Shown piece after piece: positions 46,139 through 57,304 of a DNA stretch of 64,000 bases. The stretch is taken from positions 32,001-96,000 of the IMG/VR virus record IMGVR_UViG_3300010413_000005; one strand, written 5' to 3'. How positions within the stretch are numbered: position 1 is the first letter of the stretch; each line of letters begins with the position of its first letter. The notes beneath the pieces were generated by a model. The model was given only the letters and a program-made list of their open reading frames with translations, had not been told where the DNA came from and did not search any database. The DNA comes from a virus. A program made the translations under genes and the position numbers.

Positions 46139-48460
46139 TTATGATGATACGTTCTCGAAAACTCCTTGCTTGCTCATCGTTATGATAAAGCGCTCGGTGG
46201 TATCGGCCAACCTTAATGACACCGCTGCGTTTTTATCGCCGGCCGCGCGCGTCGCATCGGTGTTGTTCTCAGAATCTACTTTGATGATGGCCGCTTCTCC
46301 GAACGTATCGCCGCGGATCGCCCTCTTCGTCCATTCGGGCAGGAAGAACGAAATCAGAGCAGCTTTCGCGTCGTTGTCTGAATCGGCATCGTTTATGGTG
46401 AAGATGATGAAGTCCAGAGCGGCGTATAGAACCTGCTCGTAATACGACATCAACTCACGTTGGTGCTTCCAACGCCAAGTCGGATCGAGGTGCAACGTTC
46501 TGTCGCCCCAAAGAACGTAGTTGCCCCTTTTCTTCAGGATCATACCGATGCCTGCTGGATTGAGCAACTCCTGATCCAATATATTCGGATCCGTCGTCAA
46601 TTTGATGATCTTGGGCAGCTTGACGTTGATGCCTGCTTCGGCTTTGTGATATCCGTTGTAATCTCGAGCGACTGCCGCTTCAGCTCCGTGAATCATTCCG
46701 GTGGCCGGAACCAACTTCAACTTGCCTTCTCGAGAGGCAGCGGGATTCGGATCGAGCACGTAAACGTAACTCGGAAACGTAACGACCGAGAAATCGCTAC
46801 GACCCAAGGTGTCGTTGATTTGAGACAGAGCTGATTGCTCCGTCACGATGTTACTCGGAATCTCGTGACGATATTGGTGATTATAATGTTCTACGTAGGC
46901 TACAGCCGCTTTTGCGACCGCGGTCGCTCCGATTCCCGGAGTGGCGAACTTGACCAATCCAAGATTCTGGTCGGCCAATTGATTGAACGGGCTGTTATCC
47001 AGGTCCCACGCCTGTTGGATATAATCGGTATCGGTCAAATCCGCATTCCCGTCTGCTCCGTCCGCCAACTCCTGCGCGAACTGGACCAAGAACTTCTTTC
47101 CGGCCGCGGATACGGTAGTCATGTCTCCAGACGAAATCGTGATCGTGGAATGTGTGTTGTCCGAAATCCGGAACTTGTCCAACTTGTTATCCACCTTGTT
47201 GGGATACACATATCCGCCTATCAACTCATCTACGATGAACGGTTTGTAGTTGATAACCAGAGTATCGGTAGCCACCAAAGCCGTGCCACCTGCGGTAACG
47301 GTGAATGACGGTGCCCATTTGTTCACGTTCGCTCCGCCTGCTCCGTTCGGAGGATCAAATAGCGTTCCCAAAGTGACTGTCCCGAGAGCTCCGAACTTAT
47401 CGGAAACCGCGTCGCCTGCGGTAGCAGACGTCATGGTAATCGTGATCTTTTGCGCCAACTGGGCGTCGTTTGTAGTTCCCAAAGCGAACGTAGGATCACC
47501 TCCGCTCGGAGAGTTGATCGTGAAATCGTGTATGATCGCCGTCAAAACCAAAGCGGTAACGGTGCTGACTTCGCCGTAATAATTGGCAGGACGTTGAGCC
47601 GCGGTATGCGCTCCGGTTATCAAGTCAACTACGAATATCTCGTCGTTTGCGTCGTCGTTGTTGATGACGTTTACCCAATACCTGGCGTTATCCGGATCCG
47701 TGTGTAGATTTCCGTACTTTTTGACGAATTCTCCATCCACGAAAACGGACAAACTGAATTCGCTATCCGGATTATCTTCGCCGTCTCCGACTTCTACAGT
47801 TATCGCTTTGTCCTCGGTTTCCAAAACAAGATAGAAAACCAAATCGGACGCGCCTCCGGCCGTCCAATCCGTCTTCATAGTCTGATCCGATTCCACGGTA
47901 ATCAAACCGGTCGCGTTGTTCCCGACAATCGGATATCGAGAATTCGGAACTTCGCTCAACTCGATATATCCGCCCTTCCACTCGTCGGTGTTGTAATTAG
48001 AAGCCACAGCTGCGGGCAATTGCAACGTGGTTTCGTTCAAATCTCCGGCCGCGTCCAATTCATATGTGGCGTTCTTTCTTTTGCCGCCCCATCTGCCCCC
48101 GTTCGCCGCTTTGACGGTTCCCATCGGAGTTAACAGATCTGAATTGCGTTGATACAGAGTGAGTTGCGCTTGTCTTTCGTTCCCGTCGGTGACTCTGACC
48201 AGCGCCAATCCTCCGGCGCCTCCAGCCCCATCGTAGAAGTCCAACGCGCAATCAGGGGTGAGATAACCGTCTACGATTCCTCCCATCTTTTTGCTGAATA
48301 ACTTTTTGCTGCTAGCGAGTATTAATTCGCCAACTTTGCCTTTTTCGAACACTCCGGCGTATCCGGCCCAACCGAGCGCACCTGGCTCTATTGTCTTCTC
48401 GCCTTCTTGTTCGATGATTACGACTCCCGCTCCTCTGGTAGGTCCGAATCTTTTAGCCAT
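46139..48460 (-). CDS. Contractile tail sheath protein
   Basis: GAGVVIIE N-terminus; GGRWG; VPATGMIHG, HKAEAG, LNPAGI, LWGDRTL, TERFII. Confidence 0.93.
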   Translation of the reverse strand: MAKRFGPTRGAGVVIIEQEGEKTIEPGALGWAGYAGVFEKGKVGELILASSKKLFSKKMGGIVDGYLTPDCALDFYDGAGGAGGLALVRVTDGNERQAQLTLYQRNSDLLTPMGTVKAANGGRWGGKRKNATYELDAAGDLNETTLQLPAAVASNYNTDEWKGGYIELSEVPNSRYPIVGNNATGLITVESDQTMKTDWTAGGASDLVFYLVLETEDKAITVEVGDGEDNPDSEFSLSVFVDGEFVKKYGNLHTDPDNARYWVNVINNDDANDEIFVVDLITGAHTAAQRPANYYGEVSTVTALVLTAIIHDFTINSPSGGDPTFALGTTNDAQLAQKITITMTSATAGDAVSDKFGALGTVTLGTLFDPPNGAGGANVNKWAPSFTVTAGGTALVATDTLVINYKPFIVDELIGGYVYPNKVDNKLDKFRISDNTHSTITISSGDMTTVSAAGKKFLVQFAQELADGADGNADLTDTDYIQQAWDLDNSPFNQLADQNLGLVKFATPGIGATAVAKAAVAYVEHYNHQYRHEIPSNIVTEQSALSQINDTLGRSDFSVVTFPSYVYVLDPNPAASREGKLKLVPATGMIHGAEAAVARDYNGYHKAEAGINVKLPKIIKLTTDPNILDQELLNPAGIGMILKKRGNYVLWGDRTLHLDPTWRWKHQRELMSYYEQVLYAALDFIIFTINDADSDNDAKAALISFFLPEWTKRAIRGDTFGEAAIIKVDSENNTDATRAAGDKNAAVSLRLADTTERFIITMSKQGVFENVSS

Positions 48461-48471
48461 TTGGAAACCTC

Positions 48472-49710
48472 CTAAACATTCGATGTAGCAGACAGCGCAA
48501 CGTTCAGAACGCCAGTTATATCCTCTGCATCCTTATGGTAGAATAGCGCTTGAACGATCCGAAATCTAAATTTGCCCACGTGCAAATCCTTTTGATTAGC
48601 TGTTGTTTGTTGATCATAATCGTCTAATAACCACAAACGGAAATTTTCGTCCAATCCCAACGACGTGAGAAAGTCATTGTTGCCGAAGTATTTTTGTACT
48701 GCCTCTTTCATCCGGGCGTGGTCCTTGCCCTTGTTAGTTACAAATTTGCCCAATATTTCGATGTCTGATTGGGTGATTGATACTTTTTTGCCGATGCCAG
48801 TCACCTTGCTAATTACGAAGATGTCTCTCAAAGCGTCTTTGCCATCCACTTCCGAGATATCTTCCAGCACTATTTCTGGCACTTTTTCCAACTCCACGTA
48901 ATCCTGTCCGGTTGTTACAACGATCTCGGGATAGTAAACGAATCTTATCAACAACACGGAACCGGAAGATTGCGAAGACGAAAGCGTGATTACTTTGTTA
49001 TTCGAATCGTACGATTGGAACAAATCGTTCAACTTGTTGGAGTCGACGGATATGTTGTACACGGAATCGATGCTGACTATGTTGTACGGAGTCTCTATCG
49101 GAAAATCGTTGATCAAATCAATCGTAGAAGAATTCGAAGCCAATTGAACGGAGTGTTCTCCGATCGGACGAATTTTGTCCTCCATATCTTTCAACAGAGA
49201 ACGCCAAACGTAATCCTCCATCTCCTCTATGTCGCTTTCGTACATGACGCGGATTTCTTTCACGATCGGAGTGTAAATCGGATTGGTAGTTCTCAAATTG
49301 ACTATGACTTGTAGAGTCTGAGCGGCGACCGGGAAACTGCTAATGTTGTTGTGAACTTCTTCTTCCGTATTCCAATTGTTGGAAGAAGCCACTATCCAAG
49401 CTCCGGCGCCGGAATTGTAATACAACTCCTGCGTTCCGTCGTGTAATCGATATTTGACATCCGTAACAGGAGAATTGGAAATCAACTTGTGTACGACGTC
49501 TACCATAAATCCGGTCCATCTCTTCAAACTTTTCGGATTGGTTGACTTAGTTTTCACATACAAATCGTAATCGAGCGGATACGAACCGCTGGCATCTTCC
49601 AATTGAATCCAATTGTTTTCCGGAGGCAAACGCGTTTTGGGACCCAAGGTGATGCTATTTCGTTCGCTATCCAAGAATTCGAACGTTTTTATCAGAGTCT
49701 TTACTCTCAT
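48472..49710 (-). CDS. Probable tail completion/terminator protein
   Basis: Immediately upstream of the sheath; function from synteny only. Confidence 0.55.
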   Translation of the reverse strand: MRVKTLIKTFEFLDSERNSITLGPKTRLPPENNWIQLEDASGSYPLDYDLYVKTKSTNPKSLKRWTGFMVDVVHKLISNSPVTDVKYRLHDGTQELYYNSGAGAWIVASSNNWNTEEEVHNNISSFPVAAQTLQVIVNLRTTNPIYTPIVKEIRVMYESDIEEMEDYVWRSLLKDMEDKIRPIGEHSVQLASNSSTIDLINDFPIETPYNIVSIDSVYNISVDSNKLNDLFQSYDSNNKVITLSSSQSSGSVLLIRFVYYPEIVVTTGQDYVELEKVPEIVLEDISEVDGKDALRDIFVISKVTGIGKKVSITQSDIEILGKFVTNKGKDHARMKEAVQKYFGNNDFLTSLGLDENFRLWLLDDYDQQTTANQKDLHVGKFRFRIVQALFYHKDAEDITGVLNVALSATSNV

Positions 49711-50336
49711 TTTTTACTCCTGGCCGCTGCAGCTTGTTCTCTAAACGAAGCTTGAAGCGCTTGCTGCCAATTTCTTTTCATCAACCTTTTCATTTCCGGA
49801 TCATCGTTCGCGTTCCTCATCCATGGTCTGGCCGGTATTTCTATGACATTGGTGCTTTCTTTCAAAGGATACCAATTCTGCATTGCTTCGAACAATTCTT
49901 TAGCGCGTCCGGTCAACTCGGAGGGATCTATCTTTCCGATACTCGCCTGCCAAAGCATATAAAACATGTTGCGCATCTTTTGACTCACCGGAATGGTTGC
50001 CCCTTCGTGTACTATCACCGCTATGTTGTAAATATCGTCTCTACGCAAAACTCCGGCGAACGAGGTGAAATCGTTTACCACCTTCGAAGTGATAGCGTTG
50101 AACATTTCAGAAGTTCCTACCAATGGTTTGTCGTCTCCCTTTATCGCTTGGGTGAGAGCGGCGTTGGCTGGCTTAACTCCGGCTTGTATAGCCCTCCTGT
50201 ACGCCGCTTGTGCTACCATACCGTTCAACTGCGTAGCTCTGCGCATATTCCTACGCATTATCTTGTCAAATTGCTTAGAATCCAACGCCGCTTCCATTTT
50301 CTTCATTCCCTTGAATGTGATCTTGGTTTTGGGCAT
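49707..50336 (-). CDS. Neck / virion morphogenesis protein
   Basis: ANAALT..IKG..KPLV.T, IAVIVHEG, IPARPW motifs. Confidence 0.75.
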   Translation of the reverse strand: MPKTKITFKGMKKMEAALDSKQFDKIMRRNMRRATQLNGMVAQAAYRRAIQAGVKPANAALTQAIKGDDKPLVGTSEMFNAITSKVVNDFTSFAGVLRRDDIYNIAVIVHEGATIPVSQKMRNMFYMLWQASIGKIDPSELTGRAKELFEAMQNWYPLKESTNVIEIPARPWMRNANDDPEMKRLMKRNWQQALQASFREQAAAARSKK

Positions 50337-50749
50337 TACAGATTACCTCTATTCTGATTTCCCGGTTGTCGATCGGAAAAGAACGCCTTTACAGTGGTAG
50401 GTCCGCCTTGGTCATCCCAATGTGCCTCCGGAAGCATTTCGGTGATGTATACGTCTACGTTTATCGTTCCAATTTTCGTGAATCTATCTCCTCTTTTCAA
50501 AGCCACTCCAGACGCATTCAAATCAACGTATCTGAACAGCACGTATCCTATAGAGTCTTCGCGCGCGCCTCCCTTTTGCATGTCCAAAGAGACGTCCTTT
50601 CCCCATCTCGGTTGGCCGTTCACTATTACAGTGGAAGCTCGAGCTGATTGCTGTACGGTTTCTCTGAAATCGTCGTCGTAAAACGTATTAGCAGGCACAG
50701 AAACCTGTATGCTCACAGGAATGGGGTGTAACAATAACGGTATCGGCAT
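50336..50749 (-). CDS. Head closure protein
   Basis: Size, position and LKRGDRF; start at MPIPLL (TAATG overlap). Confidence 0.6.
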   Translation of the reverse strand: MPIPLLLHPIPVSIQVSVPANTFYDDDFRETVQQSARASTVIVNGQPRWGKDVSLDMQKGGAREDSIGYVLFRYVDLNASGVALKRGDRFTKIGTINVDVYITEMLPEAHWDDQGGPTTVKAFFSDRQPGNQNRGNL

Positions 50750-51837
50750 TATCTGTAACTCCAATCAGCAGGAGTCGCCAACCCTATAGGCGCCCTGTAC
50801 AATCTCAAAATGTCCAGAATCTCTTGGTCTGACGTTATTCCGGACAATCCGTACGTTTTTCTCGTAGAGGTATCGGCCCATTTCCTTTTGTGTCCGTCGA
50901 CCCATTCTTCAATTATCTGCCCGCCCATGACCGGAGGTGGTGTTATTCCGCCTGTTCCCGGAACGATCGGGTTGGTCAACTTCTCGATTACCAATTTGAT
51001 CAAAGCTCGTTTGATCAACGCGGGACACACTCCGTTGTCGAGATATCCGAAAACGCCCTTTACGTATTGATTCTGCCTTCCCTTGCGAAACAGCGTACGT
51101 CCGGTCCTCATCGGAGCCGTGTAAATATCTCTGTAATCATTCCAACTATCGATCAATTTGATTCGAGGATTTTGCTTGTCCATCGGATAAACGCTCGCAT
51201 TATACACCTTGTAATAATCGGTGTTTAGCGCGACAGTGTCGTCGTTTATCTTCAACGTTTCTATGGATATGATGGGAACTCCGAAGAACAACGTATCGGA
51301 ATCGTTTCCGTCCACGTAAAGCTCGAGAGTGAGCGGATAAAACCATTGCCTAGTCGCTCGTTCTATGAACGGTTGCCACGTACATATTGACGCTTGTATC
51401 GCTGCGTCGTCCGGAGGATTGGCGTTCAATCCGGCAGCTCTGACTTCGGCGATGCTTACATATTGTTGTCCGGCCGTCAATACGATTTCTGAATTGACCT
51501 GGAATTCTTCGTTGAAGTATTGTTCCTGGCTTCCTACGGTGGCTTTGACAAACCATCTTATTTCGTGCGTCCCGAGAGGAGCGCTGGCCGGAACGACGTA
51601 TCTGGCCACGTATCTTCCAGTTTCCACCCTGTCTCCGACCGGACAAGCATTCAAATTGACAGATTGCCTACCGGATAACGGATACACTTGGATAGGATTG
51701 TTCGGATCCGTGACTTTTTCGAATATTTGGAATTCTAATTGGGCAACATTCGTAGGAACGCCGTAGCTATCGTTAGTGTACACGTCCAATTTCGGGTTGC
51801 TACAATCGCTTACTTCGTTTCGCGTCAATGCTGGCAT
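50749..51837 (-). CDS. Head-tail adaptor with extra N-terminal Ig-like domain
   Basis: YVSIAEVRA..FIERATRQWF..CPALIKRA..LRLYR adaptor pattern. Confidence 0.7.
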   Translation of the reverse strand: MPALTRNEVSDCSNPKLDVYTNDSYGVPTNVAQLEFQIFEKVTDPNNPIQVYPLSGRQSVNLNACPVGDRVETGRYVARYVVPASAPLGTHEIRWFVKATVGSQEQYFNEEFQVNSEIVLTAGQQYVSIAEVRAAGLNANPPDDAAIQASICTWQPFIERATRQWFYPLTLELYVDGNDSDTLFFGVPIISIETLKINDDTVALNTDYYKVYNASVYPMDKQNPRIKLIDSWNDYRDIYTAPMRTGRTLFRKGRQNQYVKGVFGYLDNGVCPALIKRALIKLVIEKLTNPIVPGTGGITPPPVMGGQIIEEWVDGHKRKWADTSTRKTYGLSGITSDQEILDILRLYRAPIGLATPADWSYR

Positions 51838-51838
51838 A

Positions 51839-54800
51839 TCAACCTGCCGTTTCTACGGAATCGTTTATCACCAAATTGTAATACATGTCCACTTTCAAGC
51901 TGTCATTGTATTCTAAAACGTCTCCGTTGTTTTCAACAAACCCCGTTGGAATGGGCGAACAAATGCGCCCTCCCGATATTGATAACGGTCCCGTGGGATT
52001 CACTGTGTGTATTTTGCTGTCTCCGTAATTGGCTCCGTTGAGTATTCCGTGTATGACCAATATAGGTTCTCCCGAATACGACACATCTTCCGTCTCTACG
52101 ACGTCGGACAATTCCCTATTGTATTGTGCTTCTATCAACAACGAATCCGTCAAATCTATTGCATCCGGAGGAACGAATAGCAAATCAGCCGTTATGGAGT
52201 CAGATATCGATATGGAATCGGCCGCTTGTCCTCCCAGAATCAATACCGCGGACAATGAATCCGATACGCCGGCCGTATCTTGAATTGATCCGACTTTTTC
52301 CAGCGACGCATTGGCTTCATCGATAACCGAAATGGAATCGTAAATCTTCACATCGAAGCTGGGAGCTTGATATTGCAACGAATCCGTTACGGATGCGGAA
52401 TCCGAAATCGTTCGGCTGGCTTGGTGTTCTTTTGTTGGGAGCTCCGAAACCGCAGCCGAATCGTTTATCACAATGTAGAATATCTTCTCCAAAGAAGTCG
52501 TCAACTGGTCGGTGACGGACGGAGAATCAGATATCGTACGTCCGAAATACATTTCAATTGTCGTTTGGTCGGACACCGGAATTGTGTCAGACAACGAGAT
52601 TATTCCGCCCAACGATATGTCTATCGTGTCCGATACTTCGGAAGTATCGTTTATGTAGCGAGATGCGTCGTGTTCTCGAGTAAGTTGTTCCGATACAGTC
52701 GGAAAATCCGACACAGTCTTGTCAAAATCGGCGACTCTGGACAATTGATCTGATGTCGAAATGGTGTCTGATAGCGCTATCTCGAAGGATGATTCTTGGC
52801 TATCCGAAGTACTGACGAAATCTCCTACGGTCCTGGATGATTCGTGAGAACGAGATAATTGTTCTGATAACGAAACGGAATCGTCTATTGTTATTTGAAC
52901 CGTTCCGCTAAACGCGATTTGTATTTGATCAGATACGGATACGGAGTCCGAAGTCGATCTGTCGTATTCGGTTGTCTTCAATACGGAGTCGTTCACGACC
53001 GCGGTATCCGAGAAAGTCAGATCAAATATGCCTGCTGATGCTTGGTCTGAAACGGATACGGAATCAGATAACGCTCTGTACGACTCCCAAGACCTCTGTA
53101 TTGCATCTGAGGTGGAAATCGAATCGGATATCTCCACGCCCAACGTTTTATATTCGGAAATCTGGTCAGACGTAGACGCTGAATCGGACGCGCTCCGGGA
53201 ATATGACAATGCGTTCGCGACCTGATCGGACGTAGAAACGGAGTCGGATACTATTCGTCTGATCGATCCTTCTTCGAATTCTGTGGACAACGAATCGGAT
53301 ACATTGATCGAATCGCCGGCCGCTCTGCCGTACGACATCACTGCTTTGATGCTTTCGTCGCTGGCGTTTACGGTATCCGATATCGCATATGATCTTATCA
53401 ACGAAGCTTTGAACGTGTCATATGGGACAACCCAGTTACGGATCAACCTTCCGAACGTCATGGACACTTTCAATTGATCCATGACTCCAACCATAGATTC
53501 GCCGTCTCTTTGCGTTTCTACGGATATGGTGTCGGACATTACGGTGGAATCGGAAATTGTTCTGATACAATTGAAAACGCGAGCGACTTGATCCGAAGTG
53601 GAAATTGAGTCGGATATCTTCGCTCCCAATTCCATTTCTACGGCGACGGAATCCGCTACGTTCAAGGAATCTACGGCTGATCTGCTGAATGCCAAGGACG
53701 GTTTGGTGGTGTCCGTAGTGACGGAAAAATCACTAATCGTCCTGGAATAAACCAGCGAAATATGCAATTCGTCGTCTATAGATATGGAATCTTGCTGGTA
53801 TCCTTGTATCTCTACGAAAAAGTGTTCGCTCAAAGAAACGGAGTCGGATATCGTACGAACTGAGTCGAATACGCGGTTCAATTGATCGGACGTAGAAACG
53901 GAGTCGGATGCTGATCGTCCGGACTCCAGATTGGCTACTATTTGATCCGAAGTGGAAACAGAATCAGCGCTCGAGCGTCCAAGAATTCTATTTGTCTTCG
54001 TCGTGTCTGTCGTTATTATCCAATCAGATTGCGTCCTATTCGCTTCCCATGATCGTTGAGTTTGGTCGTTTACGGTCGACGAATCGCTTATCGTCCTATT
54101 CGCTTCCCAAGATCGCTGCAGCGTATCAGTGACCGAAACTGAATTGGCATCTCCTCTGAAGAAATCAGCCTCTTTGTGCAATTGATCTGAGACAGATACG
54201 GAATCCGAATTCGAGCGCTCGAATGTCATTTCTACGCCCAATTGATCCGACGTAGAAACGGAGTCGCTTATCGTTCTGTTCGCTTCCCAAGAACGAGATA
54301 TCTGATCTGCAACGGATGTGGAATCTGATACGGTTCTTCCGTATTCCAGAACCGTTGCAGATTGATCGTTTACTGATGCAGCATCCGATATCGTCCTGTC
54401 AGCTTGCCAATCGCGCGCGGTCGCGTCCGAGATTGACACGGAATCTGACAAAGTTCTGCCGAATTCCAACTCTGCTGCTACGGAATCGGTCGTTGACAGA
54501 GAATCGGATGCTGTCCTGCCGTATTCAAGCTCGGTGGCAATTTGATCGGAAGTGGAAGCAGTATCAGATTGTGTCCTATTCGCTTCCCACGCGCGCGCGG
54601 TCGAGTCCGTAACTGATGCCGTATCTGACAGATTGATTCTGTCGAATTCCATAACCGCTGCTATGGAATCGGAAACGGAAGCAGTATCGTTGATCGTTCT
54701 GGTGTATACTTGCCCGATAAAACCGAGCGTGAACAAACATATCAGGTGATCAACGGTATTGTTGGTTGACCAATCGATGTAATCTGGATAATAAAAACGA

Positions 54801-56572
54801 CCTACCTTGCCTGGAGAATTCAAGTCTCCGGACGAATGCATCAATATGCCTTCAAATGTCTTCCTTCGTCGTTCGGATGTACTTCCGGTTTTGCCTAGCG
54901 CCATTCCGTCTTGATCCACAGCTGTGTACGAAAATTTCACGTGTCCTTCGGAACACCCTCCGGCTTGTATTCCGACGTCGGTTCCGTCTCTATTCGTCAG
55001 AGCGTGAATCAGCTTCTTGGTGCCGTACGTTTGATCCAATCCGAATGAAGGAAGATATTGATCTGCGCCTCCGGTTCCGGAATTATCCGCTACCAAAGTC
55101 TCAACTTGGTACGGAAAATAAGTCGTTCCTCCGAAATACAACGCCAAATAGAAAAAGTAATCGGCATTGGTTCCTACCCAAGTCCACCCGCTGGATGTGG
55201 TTTGCTCGAAAGATATTTCGTAATTTGCCGTTCCCGAAGTAGTCTGGCCATAGAATCCAGAATGTCTGTATATGAAGTCCGGTTGCCCGGTTTCTTCGGT
55301 CCCCACGAACGAATAACATTGAGCGCCGGCTTGGCAATCCACCCATCCGGCGTTGCCGATTCCGGCCGCAGTTCTGAGTTGATCTGAATCAGAATCCAGA
55401 CATTGTCCTATTATGTGGAGAGCGTCCGGCCTGAAATTCAATCCGCTCACGGCTCCGGCGCTACACAGAGCGGCGCCCACGGCAGCCTGGACGTCGGAAC
55501 CTCCGAAAGCTATGTAACTAAACGCGTATCCGCTGCCCATAACCGCGGACCAATTCAATCGGAATCCGTCGGTTATTCTGCTGTACGTGGCCAACAAATC
55601 CGGACTGCCTACCGTCGAATTTCCGGCAATGTACAACGCTATAATTTCGCCATTTCTGCTGTATCCGGCCGCTCCGGATCCGGAATCGTGCCAAACTCCG
55701 AACGATCTTTGCGCCGCGGTCGTAACTCCGTCATCGGCTCCGATTCCGTGAGTGTATTCTATATCTGTCACGGCTGAATCCAGATTGTTTCGCGTGCCGT
55801 AGATAATCAACGCTTTACAATCGAATCCGAGTCCGGTTATGTCTTGGTTACCTGTGGAAGTAGGGCTGGCGAAAGTTCCGGTAGCTATTCGAACATCTTT
55901 CGGAGTGGCAGTTTGTGGCGGCTGGATGACCATCATATGCGCCGTGTACGCATAAGACGTTATTCCGGGAATGTCGGTGGACGGATTGCCGGTGGAAGTG
56001 CTGGCGCTTGCAATTCCCTTCGTTTGTACGTAGCAAGTTACTTCGTCCAACAACACGCCTATGCCGACGTCCAACCTTTCAGTCCACCCGCTCGCAGGAC
56101 TCGCTCCGGTGTTGTTCCCTTCGACCAGATTCGCCGAAGCTATTGCGAGACAATCGGCGACCGGAGTGGTTTCGGCCAACCAATTGTAAGTTCCGGAGTC
56201 TTCATAGTTTATGGAATGACGCGCGATCGGTCTTGCCTTGTCCGCTCCGCGAATGCAATGGATGTATGCTACGGAATTTAGAGTGCCGATGCCGGGATAA
56301 GAAAACTGTACGCTGTTGGAATCTCCGCTCTCTCTTATCTTCCAAAATACTACGTCACGACTTGCGTTTTGATATCCTCCGAGAATGTGCCATCCAGATG
56401 GCGGATAAACAAATTCATCTACGTTGGGATTGGCATTGGGCAAACAAATTTGGGCTATGAGCAGGTCGCCGGTAGTGGGAGGGCTGCCACCGTCGATGCC
56501 GGATATGTCTACGGTATTCGAAGAAGCGAAAGCCGTATTATACGCAATCCCTTCGTAAGACGGAATAGCCAT
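51839..56572 (-). CDS. Large virion-associated protein with ~22-aa Ser/Asp/Thr repeats
   Basis: 1577 aa; beta-rich N-terminal ~620 aa, then repeats like RTISDSVSTSDQ. Confidence 0.8.
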   Translation of the reverse strand: MAIPSYEGIAYNTAFASSNTVDISGIDGGSPPTTGDLLIAQICLPNANPNVDEFVYPPSGWHILGGYQNASRDVVFWKIRESGDSNSVQFSYPGIGTLNSVAYIHCIRGADKARPIARHSINYEDSGTYNWLAETTPVADCLAIASANLVEGNNTGASPASGWTERLDVGIGVLLDEVTCYVQTKGIASASTSTGNPSTDIPGITSYAYTAHMMVIQPPQTATPKDVRIATGTFASPTSTGNQDITGLGFDCKALIIYGTRNNLDSAVTDIEYTHGIGADDGVTTAAQRSFGVWHDSGSGAAGYSRNGEIIALYIAGNSTVGSPDLLATYSRITDGFRLNWSAVMGSGYAFSYIAFGGSDVQAAVGAALCSAGAVSGLNFRPDALHIIGQCLDSDSDQLRTAAGIGNAGWVDCQAGAQCYSFVGTEETGQPDFIYRHSGFYGQTTSGTANYEISFEQTTSSGWTWVGTNADYFFYLALYFGGTTYFPYQVETLVADNSGTGGADQYLPSFGLDQTYGTKKLIHALTNRDGTDVGIQAGGCSEGHVKFSYTAVDQDGMALGKTGSTSERRRKTFEGILMHSSGDLNSPGKVGRFYYPDYIDWSTNNTVDHLICLFTLGFIGQVYTRTINDTASVSDSIAAVMEFDRINLSDTASVTDSTARAWEANRTQSDTASTSDQIATELEYGRTASDSLSTTDSVAAELEFGRTLSDSVSISDATARDWQADRTISDAASVNDQSATVLEYGRTVSDSTSVADQISRSWEANRTISDSVSTSDQLGVEMTFERSNSDSVSVSDQLHKEADFFRGDANSVSVTDTLQRSWEANRTISDSSTVNDQTQRSWEANRTQSDWIITTDTTKTNRILGRSSADSVSTSDQIVANLESGRSASDSVSTSDQLNRVFDSVRTISDSVSLSEHFFVEIQGYQQDSISIDDELHISLVYSRTISDFSVTTDTTKPSLAFSRSAVDSLNVADSVAVEMELGAKISDSISTSDQVARVFNCIRTISDSTVMSDTISVETQRDGESMVGVMDQLKVSMTFGRLIRNWVVPYDTFKASLIRSYAISDTVNASDESIKAVMSYGRAAGDSINVSDSLSTEFEEGSIRRIVSDSVSTSDQVANALSYSRSASDSASTSDQISEYKTLGVEISDSISTSDAIQRSWESYRALSDSVSVSDQASAGIFDLTFSDTAVVNDSVLKTTEYDRSTSDSVSVSDQIQIAFSGTVQITIDDSVSLSEQLSRSHESSRTVGDFVSTSDSQESSFEIALSDTISTSDQLSRVADFDKTVSDFPTVSEQLTREHDASRYINDTSEVSDTIDISLGGIISLSDTIPVSDQTTIEMYFGRTISDSPSVTDQLTTSLEKIFYIVINDSAAVSELPTKEHQASRTISDSASVTDSLQYQAPSFDVKIYDSISVIDEANASLEKVGSIQDTAGVSDSLSAVLILGGQAADSISISDSITADLLFVPPDAIDLTDSLLIEAQYNRELSDVVETEDVSYSGEPILVIHGILNGANYGDSKIHTVNPTGPLSISGGRICSPIPTGFVENNGDVLEYNDSLKVDMYYNLVINDSVETAG
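52090..54715 (-). repeat. Degenerate ~66-bp coding repeat array (roughly 40 units)
   Basis: Recurring protein motif (R/T)xSDSxSxSDQ; DNA such as gatcggacgtagaaacggagtcggat recurs near 53224 and 53884, with a variant near 54244. Confidence 0.85.
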
Positions 56573-56593
56573 ATCACTTCACCCTACCACTCC

Positions 56594-57304
56594 TTACACG
56601 TACGCCCAACCGTTTACGGCTATGGGCAAATTGGTTTTACCATCCGGACCGGTTCCGGGCACCATTCTTTCAAATGGCTGATCGTATTCGTCGAACCATT
56701 CTCCGTTTTTGTATTTAGCCAAAGCAGTTCTACCTGTGAAAGTCCTTACGTGGACCAACGTGTCTTCGATCGGTTTGGTAGACAAATCGTTGAATACTAC
56801 TTTCGGCGACTCCGGCGTTTCTATCCACAACGAAGAGATGCCTATCTTCGGATAAAATCCGGAGCCGTTTACAATCGCGGTTATGTACACGCGTATCCAC
56901 AAATCTCCCATGTATTTAGATATGTAGTCTCCGTCTCTCCCTTCTATCACTTTCACGTAATTATACCAATCTTCAAACGTTATGAAAATCGGATCGATGG
57001 TAGATATCAATCGCGGGTTGTTTGTTTTTTGGGGATTCTCTCCCCATATTGAAGCCGAAATCTGCGATTCGTTTCCTCCGTCTATCCGATTCGCTCTCAC
57101 GTGCAATTGTGAATTCCCGAATTCTATCGGTCCCTTGGATTCCATGTGTACATCGAAGAAATTGCCCTCTGCTCCTTCTTCGATGTACACGTACGCGTCA
57201 TCACCCAACAACGGATTCATAGCAAAGAACTTCTCCGTATCGCTGGTCGCTTTCCAATCGCCTACGTATATGCCGTCTCCGATGGGGTATAGAATCTGCG
57301 TCAT
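56594..57304 (-). CDS. Hypothetical protein
   Basis: 236 aa, ATGA overlap upstream. Confidence 0.7.
   Translation of the reverse strand: MTQILYPIGDGIYVGDWKATSDTEKFFAMNPLLGDDAYVYIEEGAEGNFFDVHMESKGPIEFGNSQLHVRANRIDGGNESQISASIWGENPQKTNNPRLISTIDPIFITFEDWYNYVKVIEGRDGDYISKYMGDLWIRVYITAIVNGSGFYPKIGISSLWIETPESPKVVFNDLSTKPIEDTLVHVRTFTGRTALAKYKNGEWFDEYDQPFERMVPGTGPDGKTNLPIAVNGWAYV

Noticed and set aside
6612-54715. Repeats at 6.6-7.1 kb, 38.4-38.6 kb and 52-54.7 kb as CRISPR arrays or DGR template/variable repeats
   Set aside because: All are in-frame coding repeats without unique spacers or adenine-specific mismatches; no cas or reverse transcriptase gene in the window.
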